DNA of 64,000 nucleotides from an uncultured Planctomycetaceae bacterium (GCA_963833985.1 CAWIAD010000002.1:2976001-3040000), one strand, 5' to 3'; positions 29,937 to 41,923 are shown, counted from the first letter of the stretch. Made by a program: numbers and translations. The notes: generated from the letters alone by a model not told the origin.

Positions 29937-31748
29937 GTGGCCGACAACCCTCGACTGCTGGTCATCGATCGCGAAACGTCGCGCGGCAAGTCCACGCTCG
30001 AAAAGCTGGGCCAGGCGTTCGACCTGGAGACGGTGCATTCCATCTCCAGGGCCATCGCCCTGCTGCGCGACACGGACTTCTGCGGGGTGTTCGTCGATGC
30101 CACGCAGCTTGCGGCCGTGCGCTGGGTGGGCATGATCATCCAGGCCGAGGAGATTCTCGACGCGATTGCCGACGGCGTGGCCGTGGTCGACCCGGACCTG
30201 CGGATCATCTGGGCAAACCCCGAGTTCGTGTCGCTGGCAGACCCCCAGGCGCAGGCCGCCGGGGGCACCTTCTACCAGGTGCTGGCCGAATCGGAGATCC
30301 TCGATAAGCAAACCTGTCCGTTCACCACAGCGGCCGCCTCGCGTGCGCCGGCGAGCACGGTGATGAAGATCCGCGGGTGCCGCTACGTGCGGGTGACGGT
30401 GACGCCCGTCCATGACGCGGCCGGCACGCTCACCCACCTCATTGCCCTCACCCGCGAGATCACCGACGAGACCCAGCAGCAGCTCAAGGTCACCGCGATT
30501 GCCAAGGCAGGAGACGAACTCGCGGATCTCACGCCCGAGGAACTGGCGCAGCTTGGAGTCGAGGAACGGACGGACCTCCTGAAGTACAACATCGCCCGTC
30601 ACATGAAAGATCTGATGGGCCTGGACTACATCGAGATCCGCCTGCTCAAGAAGGACACCGGCAAGCTTGTCCCCCTGCTCAGTGAGGGCATGTCTCCGCT
30701 CTCCGCCACGCGCGAGCTGATGGCGAGTAAAGAAGGGAACGGTGTGACGGGCTTCGTGGCCGCAACCGGCCAGAGCTACCTGGCGCCGGACACCACCAAG
30801 GATCCGCTGTACATCACGGGCGCCGAGAATGCGCGGAGCTCGCTGACGGTCCCCCTGGTGTTCCACGGCACGGTGGTGGGGACGCTCAACGTGGAGAGCC
30901 CCCAGCCGAACAACTTTGACGACCGCGACCGCCAGTTCCTGGAGATCTATGGCCGCAACATCGCCTCGGCCCTGAACACGCTGGAATTGCTCCAGGCCGA
31001 GAAGCACAGCACGGCGAGTGCCTCGGTCCAGGCGATCAGCCGCGAGCTGGCACTGCCGCTGGACGACATCATCACCGATGCCACGACGGTGCTCGACCGC
31101 TACGCCGGCCATGACGACGACATCGTGGCCCGGCTGCGCCATTTGCTCTTCCGCGCTCGAGAGATCCGCAGCATCATTCACAACGTGGGCGCGGCGATCG
31201 TATCGCAGCCCCGGCAGAACGTGCAGGTACCGGTCTCGCGGCTGGCGGGCGTGCGGCTGCTGGTGGTCGATGCCGACGAATCGATCCGCAAATCGGCCCA
31301 TCATCTGCTTGGCGTGCAGGGCGCCTTCGTGGAGACAGCCCGCGACGGCCACGAGGCGGTCGCCCTGATGCGCCAGACCCATTATTCCGCCGCGCTCGTG
31401 GACATCCGGCTCCCCGACCTCGACGGCTACCAGATCTATCACAGGCTGCACGAGGTCCAGCCGCAGACGCCGATCATCCTCATGACAGGCTTTGGCTACG
31501 ACCCCACGCATTCGATCGTCAAGGCGCGCCAGGAGGGGTTGCAGACGGTGCTCTACAAGCCGTTCCGCTCCGATCGCTTGATGGAGGCCGTCGAGCAGGC
31601 GCTGCGGGCGGCCACCTCACCCGGACCAGTAAGCCACGGAACCGAGGGCAACGACGGCGTGCCGCCGGCGCCGGCGGCGCCTGAGGCGGCCGGCGACGGC
31701 CCCAGCGCGGGGTCACGGGCCGCGGAGGCGATTCGCCATGAGTCTTGA
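29937..31748 (+). CDS. PAS-GAF-(pseudo-HisKA)-receiver signalling protein
   Basis: PAS (DAIADGVAVVD..WANPEF), GAF (GVTGFVAATG, SSLTVPL..VVGTLNVES), REC (VDIRLPD, MTG, YKPF). Confidence 0.85.
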   Translation: MADNPRLLVIDRETSRGKSTLEKLGQAFDLETVHSISRAIALLRDTDFCGVFVDATQLAAVRWVGMIIQAEEILDAIADGVAVVDPDLRIIWANPEFVSLADPQAQAAGGTFYQVLAESEILDKQTCPFTTAAASRAPASTVMKIRGCRYVRVTVTPVHDAAGTLTHLIALTREITDETQQQLKVTAIAKAGDELADLTPEELAQLGVEERTDLLKYNIARHMKDLMGLDYIEIRLLKKDTGKLVPLLSEGMSPLSATRELMASKEGNGVTGFVAATGQSYLAPDTTKDPLYITGAENARSSLTVPLVFHGTVVGTLNVESPQPNNFDDRDRQFLEIYGRNIASALNTLELLQAEKHSTASASVQAISRELALPLDDIITDATTVLDRYAGHDDDIVARLRHLLFRAREIRSIIHNVGAAIVSQPRQNVQVPVSRLAGVRLLVVDADESIRKSAHHLLGVQGAFVETARDGHEAVALMRQTHYSAALVDIRLPDLDGYQIYHRLHEVQPQTPIILMTGFGYDPTHSIVKARQEGLQTVLYKPFRSDRLMEAVEQALRAATSPGPVSHGTEGNDGVPPAPAAPEAAGDGPSAGSRAAEAIRHES

Positions 31749-32891
31749 GCAGCCGTGGCTCGGGGCACTCGGCACCCTGGCCGTGCCGGCGCTGGGCCAC
31801 CTCTATCACTTCGTCCTGGCCGTGAATATCACCAGCGGCTGGGGCCTGAGCGAGCGGAACCTGGGGCGGCTACGCCTCGTGCTGCTGGCCGTCGTGGGCG
31901 GCTCGGCAGCCTTCCTGCTCTGCCGGCATCTCCGCGAGCCCTGGTGGACCTGGCCGTGGCCCTTGCGCGGTTATGCCCTGCTTTGCACCGTCTCCGGCGG
32001 CCTGGTCTTGCCGATCAGCTCGCTGCTCCTGGGCATGCGGCCGCGGCCCGCGGGCGTGGAAGGCCGGACGGACCTTCTCGATCTTGACGACCAGCACGGC
32101 GTCGACGCCTTCGTCGGCGCGGGCAAAGGCCACTGGCTCTTGCGGTTGCCCGGAAACGAATCGCTCAAGCTGCGGCGCAGCGAGTGGACCCTGATCGATC
32201 CCGGCCTGCCGCCTGCGCTGGATGGGCTGACGATCGTGCAGCTCAGCGACCTGCACTTCGCGCCTGTTACCGGCGCACCTATTTCGAGCGCGTGGTGGAC
32301 GCCTGCCTGGAGTGGAGGGCCGACCTGGTGCTCGTGACCGGAGACCTGGTCGACGCCGACGAAGCCGTGGCCTGGATCGAACCGGTGCTCGCGCCGCTGG
32401 AGGGCCGGCTGGGCAAGTATGCGATCCTCGGGAACCACGACGTCGAGCACGGCCCCCAGCGCGTCATGACGGCGCTGGAGGACGCCGGGTTCAGTTCGCT
32501 GGAGGGCCGCTGGTGCGTGCTCGAGCACGCCGGCGCCCGGCTGGCGATCGGCGGAACCTCGGCTCCCTGGGGCCCGGCACTGGCCGCGGATCTCGTCCCC
32601 CCGGCCGATTTCCGGATCTTGCTGAGCCATTCGCCGGACCAGTTCTACAAGGCCCGCGACTGGGGCGTGGAGCTGATGCTCTCCGGCCACAACCACGGCG
32701 GCCAGATTCGCCTGCCGGCGTTCGGCCCGCTGTTCATGCCCAGCGTCTATTCAAGGCGGTTCGACCGCGGCTTCTTCCGAGCGGGGCAGACGCTCTTGCA
32801 TGTCAGCGAGGGCGTCGCCGGCAAGCACCCGTACCGCTACGGCTGCCCGCCCGAAGTGAGCTGCTTCGTGCTCCGGACCACTTCCGTATGA
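31738..32891 (+). CDS. Membrane-anchored metallophosphoesterase (YkuE-like); frameshift near 32265
   Basis: SDLH, TGDLVD, LGNHD, LSHSPD, SGHNHGGQ. Confidence 0.88.
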
Positions 32892-32964
32892 AGGAATTGA
32901 TGCTGCCTTCGAGCTTGCTGGTCGCGGCGCGTACGGCTTGCCCATTCGGCGGAAAATCGCATTA

Positions 32965-35099
32965 CTAAATATAAACGCGCTTGTTGTAGATGTACCACTC
33001 CACCAGCAGGATAGCCAGGGCGGCGCAGGCGAAGTATTTCCACCAGTCCTGCTGCCGCTCCTTGATTTGCTGGGTGGCGGCGACGGTGCTGTAGCCGATC
33101 TTGATCTTGTAGGATTCGGCCAGGTTCTCGGGTGTGCCCTCGGGCACCAGGCCGCGCGGTGCGAGGTCGCTCTCGCGGAAGTCGAAGAGATTGACGGCGA
33201 AGGGAAGCATGCCGGCGGGCTCCCAGCGCGCGTGGTAGAGGCCCGTCGTGGCGGCCTGGTTATACACGAAGGTGCCTTGCGGAGTGTGCGACAGCCGCTC
33301 CCCGGCACCTCCGCCAGGAGGAGCGATCACCAGGTCCTTCCCGAGGGTCTCGGCGCGGAGGATGACAGGGCGGCCGGGGGACCGGGTCTCGTCTCCGGTG
33401 CCTTCGCGGACGTTGCCCAGGGCCTGCATGCTGTTCAGCAGGAACAGCGGAAAGCTGATGAAGCGAAACCAGGTCGTGTTCGCCGTCGTCCCGTCGAGCA
33501 GCGGGAACAGGACCACCACGTCGGTGAAGCCTTCGCGCGGGGCAGTGAACGCCAGGGGTCCCAGGTTGCTCTCGATCAGCGAGGTCGCGCCCGGCGGCAG
33601 CTCGATGATGCTGGCCCTGGCGACGAAGACAAGCGAGAGGTCGCGGACGTACTGCATCAGCGGGTGCGAGATGTTCCAGTCCAGGATGACCGGCTGCTCG
33701 ACCGGCCTGGGGTTCGCGTACGCAGGGCCGGGTGGAAGCGCTCCGAAGTAGAGGGTGTTGGCCTCGGGGGGAGCATCGGGGCGGACGCCGTCGTAGATCA
33801 CCAGGTCGAACCGGCCCCCGCGGATCTCGCGTGCCAGGTCCTCACCTTTGGCTTCCTCGGGCGTGGCGATACGCACGTCTGCGCTGGTGATCGCGGTGGG
33901 CGTGTTGAAGGCGTCGCTCAGGTAGCGGTTGCCCGCGGTGATTGCCAGCACCTGGGCCTTGCGGGCGTTGCCCACAATCGCGAAGGCACGGTTGTCCACT
34001 TCCAGGGCGTCCTTGATCGTGAGTTTCACCTCGAGCTCGGCCAGTCCCGTGTCGGGGATGTCGAACTTGAAGGACTGGTCGCTCTGGGGCGGTAGCTGGA
34101 GAGCGATCGCGTCAATCAGTTCGCCCTCGGCCGCGGGATTGTCGGCGGAGTGGCGGATGAGCTGTGCCTCGGTGTCCACACGCTCGCCGCGGAAGTTGTG
34201 CACCCGTCCGAAAAGCTGGTAGATATCGGGCCGCTCGTCGCCGGTCCGAGCCTGGAGCGCGACGATCGCCACGTTGTCGGACGGGTTCTGCGCCCTGGCT
34301 TTCGCACCAGGTGCATCGGCGGCCTCGGCCGTCCCAGGCGCCCTGTAGGGCGGAGCCGGCGGGCCGATCACCACGACCTCGGGTTCCAGGTTCCCCAGGC
34401 TGAATCCCTCCACATCCGGGAATCCGCCGTCGGTGTAGACGTAGAGCTTGGGCGTGGCGGGGGCAAGGGTGGCGACAACGCCCTCGCCGAGCTGTCGGGA
34501 CGGGTTGGCCAGGCCGGCGGCCACCTGGAGCGCCTCGCGGAGCGACGTGGTCGCCTGGCTTGCGGGGATGGCGTCGATGCGCTGGAGCAAGGAACGCTTG
34601 TCACTGGTGTAGTTCGACACCACCCGGGCGGACTCGCCGAAGGAGATGACCATCGCCAGGTCGTCCCCCTCCATCGCCTGCACCACCTTGCGCGCCTTCT
34701 CCCTGGCGTTCTCCAGCCGGCTGGGCGGCACGTCAGTGGCGGACATGCTGGCCGAGTTATCGATCATGAGCACGTAGCGCTGGCCGGGCCCGCTGGTTCC
34801 CCGGCTGCGCAGTCCGGCCAGCGCCAGCATTGCCAGCGCCACGGCGAGAAGTTGAAGGAAGAGCAGCAAATTGCGTCGCAGCCGCTGAAAGAGGCTGTTG
34901 ACATGCAGGTCCTCGAGGCTCTTGCACAGAGCAGCGTGCTGGGGACATTGACCGGCCTGCGCTTCAGCTTCAGAAAGTAGAGTGCGATGATCCCCACCGG
35001 CACTCCGGCGAGGACCGCCCACCGCGCCGCGGACAGGGGAGAGATCAGATCGAGCGAGCCGCCAATCGCGTTCAGGCGGCCGAACAGGTTCCAGAACAT
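32965..35099 (-). CDS. BatA-domain/vWA membrane protein; frameshift near 34925
   Basis: IIALYFLKLKRR..VPSTLL, LFQRLRRNLLLFLQL, MIDAS DNSASM, YTDG, C-terminal LLVEW. Confidence 0.85.
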
Positions 35100-35263
35100 G
35101 CCGGGTCAACCTCCGCTTCCTGACTCAGAGCCTCCCGCTCGCGGCCGGCAAGCTGCGAGCGCTCGCCCTTGCGCCTGCTGAGCATCATGTAAAGCACATA
35201 AGCCACGACGGCGCCCGCGATGCCGTAAAAGATCCAGGGGCTCGTGATCCACCAGCCGTTCAT
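35072..35263 (-). CDS. Small single-TM protein
   Basis: MNGWWITSPWIFYGIAGAVVAYVLYMMLSRRK; ATG overlaps DUF58 stop. Confidence 0.5.
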   Translation of the reverse strand: MNGWWITSPWIFYGIAGAVVAYVLYMMLSRRKGERSQLAGREREALSQEAEVDPACSGTCSAA

Positions 35264-36219
35264 TTCACGAGCCCCCGCTCCCGCAGGTAATTGAGGATGA
35301 GCTTGTCGAAGGGATACTGGTTGGTAGTAAAGATATAAGTAATTCCACGCCTGGTGCACCACTCCTTGAGCCCGCCGACGAACGCGTTCAGGTTGTCCTT
35401 GTACTTCTTGAGCAAGGGCGCGCTCATGGTGATCTCGGCCACGTCGTCGTCCTCGACGTCGACGAGCCTCAGGTCCCCCACCAGCTCCGGCTCGACCTCC
35501 TCCTGGCTCAGGAGGTGGATCACGTAGATGTCCATGTTCCGTGCCAGCAGGTAACGCAGCGCGTCTTCATATCCATGCTTGTCAAGAAAATCAGAGATGA
35601 CGACGACAACCCCCTTGCCGGCGTGCCGGATGGCGAACTCGCGGGCGGCGGCCTTGAGGTCGCTCTCTCCGGAGGCCGCCAGGTTCTCGAGATAACTGAT
35701 CACCCGCCACATCTGCGACCGGCCGCGGACGCTGGGAATGCCCTGGTCCAGCCGGGTCGCGAATGTGTCCATGATCACCCGGTCGTGGTTGCACAAGCCC
35801 ACGAACGCCAGGGCGGCCGCCACCTGCTTGCCGTAACGCAGCTTGCTCGGCGTGCCGAAGTTCATGGACAGGCTGGTGTCCAGAAGCGTGTACACATGCA
35901 GGTCTTCTTCCTCGAGAAAGAGCTTGAGGAAGAGCTTGTCGAGACGGCCGTAGACGTTCCAGTCAATATGCCGGAGGTCGTCACCCACCGTGTAGTTGCG
36001 ATGCTCGGCGAACTCAACCGACGAGCCCCTCCTGCGGCTCTTGCGCTCACCCTTCATGCGGCCCATGATGATCTTGCGGCTGACCAGCTCGAGCTGCTCC
36101 AGCCTGTGCAGGAAGTCGGGGTCCAGCAGCGGGCCGGCACCCGAACCCGCGCCGTTTCGAGGCGCGGGACGCTCCGTCGGGTTCCTCGCGGTCGGGGTAG
36201 GCTGCGCGGTTTCAGACAT
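35260..36219 (-). CDS. DUF58 domain protein
   Basis: GSSVEFAEHRNY..GDDLRHIDWN, LLDTSLSM, VISDF. Confidence 0.92.
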   Translation of the reverse strand: MSETAQPTPTARNPTERPAPRNGAGSGAGPLLDPDFLHRLEQLELVSRKIIMGRMKGERKSRRRGSSVEFAEHRNYTVGDDLRHIDWNVYGRLDKLFLKLFLEEEDLHVYTLLDTSLSMNFGTPSKLRYGKQVAAALAFVGLCNHDRVIMDTFATRLDQGIPSVRGRSQMWRVISYLENLAASGESDLKAAAREFAIRHAGKGVVVVISDFLDKHGYEDALRYLLARNMDIYVIHLLSQEEVEPELVGDLRLVDVEDDDVAEITMSAPLLKKYKDNLNAFVGGLKEWCTRRGITYIFTTNQYPFDKLILNYLRERGLVK

Positions 36220-36275
36220 TGGCAAGCCTCGGTGCGGGGCAGGGGCTCAAGAAAAACACCACCCTCGGTGGGTTT

Positions 36276-36641
36276 TCACACCAGGTGGTCCGAGATCCAG
36301 AACAGGCACAGCAGAAGCGCCACGGCGAAGCCCAGGCCGACCAGCCAGGGGACGATCGCGGCCAGGAAGATCGTCCAGCGGAATTTCAGGCTGACCGGCG
36401 GGCAGCGGTGCAGGAATCCGAGTGCCGTGAACCAGCTCTCCAGGATCACCAGCGTACCCGCGCAGGCCGAGATCAGGGCCAGGATCGGCTCGTTCCGCCA
36501 GGCGAGCAGCGCGATGGTCATGAGGCCCGCGCAGAGCGCGGCCAGGCAGAGCACGTCACCCCTGGAGAAGACGAGCGGCTCGCTGCGGGTCGGCTCCCAG
36601 TCCACTTCTGGGACGGGAGGAGGGTCGTAGATGTCGTGCAT
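36276..36641 (-). CDS. Small membrane protein
   Basis: 121 aa, three hydrophobic helices, inside the moxR operon. Confidence 0.65.
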   Translation of the reverse strand: MHDIYDPPPVPEVDWEPTRSEPLVFSRGDVLCLAALCAGLMTIALLAWRNEPILALISACAGTLVILESWFTALGFLHRCPPVSLKFRWTIFLAAIVPWLVGLGFAVALLLCLFWISDHLV

Positions 36642-36685
36642 GGGGTGGTTCCGCCTGGTGGTGTCGCGCTCTGGATCAACGGCGT

Positions 36686-37714
36686 CTAGGCCACGGCCGC
36701 AACCCGCGCCTCGGCTTTCTCGGGAACGGATTCCAGGACCTTCAGCAGCACCTCGTCCGGATCAACGCCTTCGGCCTGGGCCTCGAAGTTGAGCAGCACG
36801 CGGTGCCGCAACCCCGGCAGGTAGACGCGCCGCAGGTCCTCGAACGACACGTTGTAGCGGCCGTCGAGCAGGGCCCGCACCTTGGCCGCGAGCACCAGGG
36901 TCTGCACCCCGCGGGGACTTGACCCCCAGCGGATGTACTGGTTCGTCACGTCGGCAGCGAACGGTCCGCGGGGATGCGTGGCCAGGGCAAGGCGGATGGC
37001 ATAGTCCTGCACGTGCGGTGCGATGATCACCTCGCGCACCAGGTTCTGGAAGCGGATCAAAGTCTCTCCGTCCATCGATTTCTCGGCCCGGGGAGACTCG
37101 CCGCGCGTGGTGCGGTCCAGAATCGTCACCAGCTCGTCCCGGGTCGAGTAACCCACGATCAGCTTGAACAGGAACCGGTCGAGCTGGGCTTCGGGCAGGG
37201 GATACGTTCCTTCCTGCTCGATCGGGTTCTGGGTCGCCATCACGAAGAACGGCTCCTTGAGCCGGTGCATGTGGCCGCCGATGGTGACCGAGTGCTCCTG
37301 CATGGCCTCGAGCAGGGCCGACTGGGTCTTGGGCGTCGCCCGGTTGATCTCGTCGGCCAGGACGATCTGACTGAAGACCGGCCCGGGCTGGAACTCGAAG
37401 AGCCGGCGGCCGTCGGGCGCCTCCATCACGATGTTCGTACCGATGATGTCCGCGGGCATCAGGTCGGGGGTGAACTGGATGCGATTGAAATCGAGGCTGA
37501 GCGCATCGGCGAGGGTGCGCACCAGCAGCGTCTTGCCCAGGCCCGGCACGCCTTCCAGCAGGGCATGCCCGCCGATGAAGAGGCAGGTGAGGACTCCGTG
37601 GACGATCTCATCATGGCCCACGATCACCTTGGAGATCTCGTCCTTCACCTGGTTGTACCGGGTCCGGAACTCGTCGGTGCGGGCTTCCATCGACTCTGAC
37701 GACGCGAGGGACAT
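36686..37714 (-). CDS. moxR: MoxR-family AAA+ ATPase
   Basis: GVPGLGKT, RIQFTPDLMPAD, LADEINRATPKTQSALLEAM, GTYPLPEAQLDRF. Confidence 0.95.
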   Translation of the reverse strand: MSLASSESMEARTDEFRTRYNQVKDEISKVIVGHDEIVHGVLTCLFIGGHALLEGVPGLGKTLLVRTLADALSLDFNRIQFTPDLMPADIIGTNIVMEAPDGRRLFEFQPGPVFSQIVLADEINRATPKTQSALLEAMQEHSVTIGGHMHRLKEPFFVMATQNPIEQEGTYPLPEAQLDRFLFKLIVGYSTRDELVTILDRTTRGESPRAEKSMDGETLIRFQNLVREVIIAPHVQDYAIRLALATHPRGPFAADVTNQYIRWGSSPRGVQTLVLAAKVRALLDGRYNVSFEDLRRVYLPGLRHRVLLNFEAQAEGVDPDEVLLKVLESVPEKAEARVAAVA

Positions 37715-37793
37715 CGGCGGCGATCCTTTCTTGTCTGGTCTGCGAGGCTGGTGATGTTCGTCATGTCTCGAGCGGCTTCTTGCTGGCCGGGGG

Positions 37794-37838
37794 CCGGCCC
37801 CGGCTCACGTCCCGGCCCCGGCTCACGTCCCGGCCCCG
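37794..37838. repeat. 18-bp tandem repeat, about 2.5 copies
   Basis: CCGGCCCCGGCTCACGTC repeated at the gene end. Confidence 0.75.
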
Positions 37839-40800
37839 GGATCGCGCTTGTCCTTGTCTTTCTCTTTCTCGCGGTCTTCCCAGACGCGCTGCTTGGCCTT
37901 GAGCAGGCGGTTGGTGTAGCTGGCCTCTTCGGCCCTGGGGGCATCCGGAGCCAGCCCGCCGCCGGGGCCTGGTCCCGCTGCCGGGCGCAAGGTCTCGCGC
38001 TCCTCGCGCGCGAGCCGCCGAGCACCGCGGCGCCGCTGGCCGCGGCCTCGCGGCCGGGCGCATCCGCGGCCGGGGTATCAAACCGCGAAGCGAACCGCGA
38101 GCGATCGAGCTGCTCGCCGACCTCGGCCTTGCGCGTGCGCAGCTTGTCGAGGTAGTCGCTGCTCTTCTCGAGGTTGTGGCCGCGCAGCCGGTTCCACTCG
38201 TTGGCCAGGGCAAGCTTCACCCGGTCCATATCCGGAGCGATCCGGCGGACGGCGACGTCGCCCAGGAACAGGCAGGCCGCCAGCCAGAGCAAGGTCGGCC
38301 AGAGCGCCGCGAACGAGCGGGGGATGACAAGACCAGGGTCGCGGCGGAAGTGGTCCACTGCACCGAGTGTCCGCGGCAGGTCGATGCGGCCGTCGGTGCT
38401 GGCCTTCCAGGAGGTCACCTGGCCGTCGGTGAGGCTCGCCAGTGTTTCCAGCGTGGTCGGGTTCGACGCAGCTCGCGGTACTCGTCGGAATAGGGGACCG
38501 AGACGCCCGAGGAGATGACTCCCTGGGTCTTGTCGGGGCCGCGGTATCCCAGGTTCACGAAGTAGTTGCCGCTCGCCTCGGCATTCTCGATCGTGGCCTC
38601 GTACCGGCCCGGCGAGGTCTGGACCAGCTCCACAGTGTGCGACTTGAGCTCGGGATCGACCATGTTGCCCTGGATCTGCAAGAAGTTGAGGAACTGGTTC
38701 TCCTTGTCCAGCGCGTCGACCACCACCTTGATCCGCCCTTCCTCCCGGCGCAACGAGAGCGTGAGGTTGCCGCGGTCGGCGGGCCGCATGCTCCAGCGCA
38801 CCACCTGCGACCAGAAGGCCGCGTAGGTGGGCCAGTCCGGCCAGGCCTTGGCCCAGCGCCGGCCGGCGTCCGAAGTGAAGGCGACCGCGCGGCCCAGCCC
38901 GTAGCTCCAGTGCGCCAGTACCGGGTTGACCTGCCCGGTGGGTTGGGGCGAGACGATCGGGATCTCCACCAGCTCGTTCTCCTTGGGCGAGGTCAGCACC
39001 AGACCGGTGATCGGCGGCAGGTCGTCACTGAGGCGCATCACCGGCTCGGTCAGCGGGCTGTTCAGCCGCGGCGCCCAGGGGGTCTGTTGCTCGTAGATGA
39101 GCGGGCGGGAAATCGTTCGTGCTTCCTTCTGGTAGATGCGAGGCAAGGCGCGCGGGTTGGTGACGTTGTAGAAGCGTCCCTTGGTCCTTTGCGCCAGGTT
39201 GCGCATCACATTCGTGGCGTTACTGTCTGCTCCGTGGGCGGCCGTGAGCACCGTGGTGACGGTGACGCGGCTGGCGACGAGCTGGTTGATCACGCTGCTG
39301 GTCGGCGGCGTGGGGTCGCCGTCGCTGATGACGACGATGTGCTTCGTCATCGCATCGCGCACGCCGTTGAGCCCCTTCATGGCCATGATCAGCGAGGGGT
39401 CGAAATCGGGCATGTCGCCGGGCGTCATCCGGTCAATCGCCTTGAGCATCGTCCCCCGGCCCGTGCCGATCGGCCGCAGCGTGAACAGCCAGGCTTCCTG
39501 GCCCTCCCAGTGGATCATCCCCGTGTAGTCGTAGCTGGAAAGCGCATTGATGGCCGCCTTGGCCACCACCTTCTGCCAGTAGTTGCCCTCGGCGATCTCG
39601 CTGGCGTGCATGATCAGCACCATGGCGCCGATGCCCTGCACCTTGAGCGCCTTGATCTGCATGTCCACCGGCAGGGCTTTCTCGACCGGAGTGTTCATCC
39701 ACCCCCCGGCGCCAAAGCTGTCGCGGCCGCCGAGCATCAGCAGCCCCGCGCCCATGTCATGACAGTTCGAGGCCAGGAGCTGGTGCTGAGACTCGGTGAA
39801 CGCTTCCTTGGGGACGTTCGCCAGGATCACCGCATCGTAGGGTTGAAGCTGCCCAGGTCGGTCGGCAAGAGGTCGCCGCCGACCCCGCCCGAGCCGTCGA
39901 TCCGGGGCGCCACCAGCGGCTTGACCTCGATCTCCTTCTCGCGCAGGGCCTTGATCAACTCGACGTGCTCTCCGGCGGTCCCCTCGATCAACAGCACCTG
40001 CGCCTTGCCGCGAGCGTGGGTGAAGCCCTCCGCAACGTTGTTGATCGACCGCTTGTCGCCGCTGTCCTGTTCGGGGATGAACTCGGCTGTGAAGGTGTAG
40101 AAGTTCGGCTCGGTGATGAGCTGCTGGAGCGTGAAGACATTGATGCCGCGCTGTAGCTCCACGGGCACGGGCTTCTCGTTGCCGGACGCGGGGGCACGGT
40201 AGTTGTCGGCTTTCTGGAAAACTTGCAACGTGCCGCGGGTGGGCTCGCTGGCGCGGATGACCACGTTGATGTTGACCGTCTCACCCTTCTTCACGTCGGG
40301 CGGAATCGAGACCTTCTCCACCAGGACCTCACGGTCGTAGCGGTAGTCGATCGGTACGACGTCGACCTGGACGCCCAGCGCCTTGGCCGCCATGGCTTGC
40401 TCGAGCAGGTTGCCCCGGTTCTCGTTCCCGTCAGAGATCATCACGACCCGCCGCGCCGTGTCTTCGGGAAAGGCGGCCAGTGCGAGCTTGAGCGCAGCGC
40501 CGGGATCGGTGTTCTCGGGGTCGATCGTGCTCTCGATGCCCATCGGCAGGTTGAGCTCGCTGGGAGCGGGCGGGACCTCGACGCGGGGCGACTTGCCGAA
40601 GACGATCATGCCGGCCATGTCGTCGCGGCGGCGCTTCCGAGACGCGCCCCGGACGTAGTCGATGGCCCCCATCTGCTGCTCGCGGGGCATGCTGTTCGAC
40701 GCGTCGACAACGAAGAGCGTGGTCAGCCGGTCCGACCGGCGCACGCTCTGTGTTTCCGCCAGCGCCAGCACGATGAGCGTGATCACGGCGGCCCGGAAGA

Positions 40801-40936
40801 GGATGGACAGGGCCCGCCGCGCCCGGCCCAGCCCCGCCAGGCTGCGGAAGCTCACCCAGACCAGGGGAGGCAGGATGAGCGGAAGCAGGATCAGCCACCA
40901 GGGCTGGCCGAACGCGATCGACAGGTTTCCGACCAT
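37823..40936 (-). CDS. Large membrane protein with two vWA domains and a glutamine-amidotransferase-like domain; several frameshifts (about 39845, 38465, 37990)
   Basis: DASNSM, ISDGNEN, GLLMLGGRDSFGAGGW, ISDGD, YGLGRAVAFTSD, C-terminal YTNRLLKAKQR. Confidence 0.8.
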
Positions 40937-40993
40937 CGCCCTTTGATCCTCCAGGAAGCCTCGTTGCTCCGCGAATCCGCTGCCGCCTGGCCG

Positions 40994-41923
40994 CTAGAGC
41001 CGGAACCGCTGGACACGGTGGTTGTTCGAGTCGATCACCGAGACCTCACCCAGATGGTCCACGGCCAGGGCCCAGGGATTGAACAGCTCGCCCGGCCCGC
41101 GCCCCGACCGGCCCCACGTCCCCAGGGGCAGACCGTCGCGTGTGAATTTCTGGACGCGGTGATTGCCGTACTCGCAGACGTAGAGGTTGTGGTCCGGCCC
41201 CAGCGCCAGGTCGTACGGATAGCTGAGCTGGCCGGGCTCGGTTCCCCGCGTGCCCCACATCCGTAGCAGTTTTCCATCCGTGTCGAACACCTGGATGCGG
41301 TGGTTGCAGCTATCAGCCACATAGAGCCGGTCGTTCTCGTCGATGGCCAGCGCCCGCGGCCGCAGGAACTCGCCCGGCTCGTAACCATGGCCGCCCCACT
41401 CGCGCAGCCACTTGCCTTCCGGCGAGAAGACCTGAATGCGATCGTTCTCACCATACTCGGCGACGTAAAACCGGCCGGCACTGTCGAGGACGACGTCCGT
41501 CGGGTAACCGAACCGGCCCGGCGTGGTACCCTGGATCCCGTCGCCGATCTGGAACAGCATCGACCCCTCCCGCGAGTACACCAGCACCCGGTAGAAGTGG
41601 GTGTCCGCCACCAGCAAGCGGCCATGGCGATCGATGGAGAGCCCGCTCGGGCCGTCGACGTTAAAATCGGGCGTGCGCCAGCCCCGCAGGTACTGCCCGT
41701 CGCGGTCGAAGACCTGGATCCGGTCCGTCAGGTCGGCGATGTAGAGCTGGTCCTCGGCGTCAAACGCGGCGACCCGCGGCTTGTGCAGCCAGCCGGGATG
41801 CGTGCCGTGGATGCCCCAGACGAGGTCAGGCACCGAATGCTCCTTGAGGTCGCAGCCCGCCTGCAAGCAGGCCAGCACAACCAGGCACCAGGCAGGCACC
41901 AAACGGGAGAGAGGACGCTGCAC
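40994..41923 (-). CDS. NHL-repeat beta-propeller lipoprotein
   Basis: Repeats of G..PGxFxxP..LA...YVAD..NHRIQVF; LQAGC lipobox; start inferred. Confidence 0.85.
   Translation of the reverse strand: MQRPLSRLVPAWCLVVLACLQAGCDLKEHSVPDLVWGIHGTHPGWLHKPRVAAFDAEDQLYIADLTDRIQVFDRDGQYLRGWRTPDFNVDGPSGLSIDRHGRLLVADTHFYRVLVYSREGSMLFQIGDGIQGTTPGRFGYPTDVVLDSAGRFYVAEYGENDRIQVFSPEGKWLREWGGHGYEPGEFLRPRALAIDENDRLYVADSCNHRIQVFDTDGKLLRMWGTRGTEPGQLSYPYDLALGPDHNLYVCEYGNHRVQKFTRDGLPLGTWGRSGRGPGELFNPWALAVDHLGEVSVIDSNNHRVQRFRL

Noticed and set aside
37794..37838. 18-bp tandem repeat as a functional element
   Set aside because: Simple local duplication over a stop codon, not linked to the GGACAGGCA motif.
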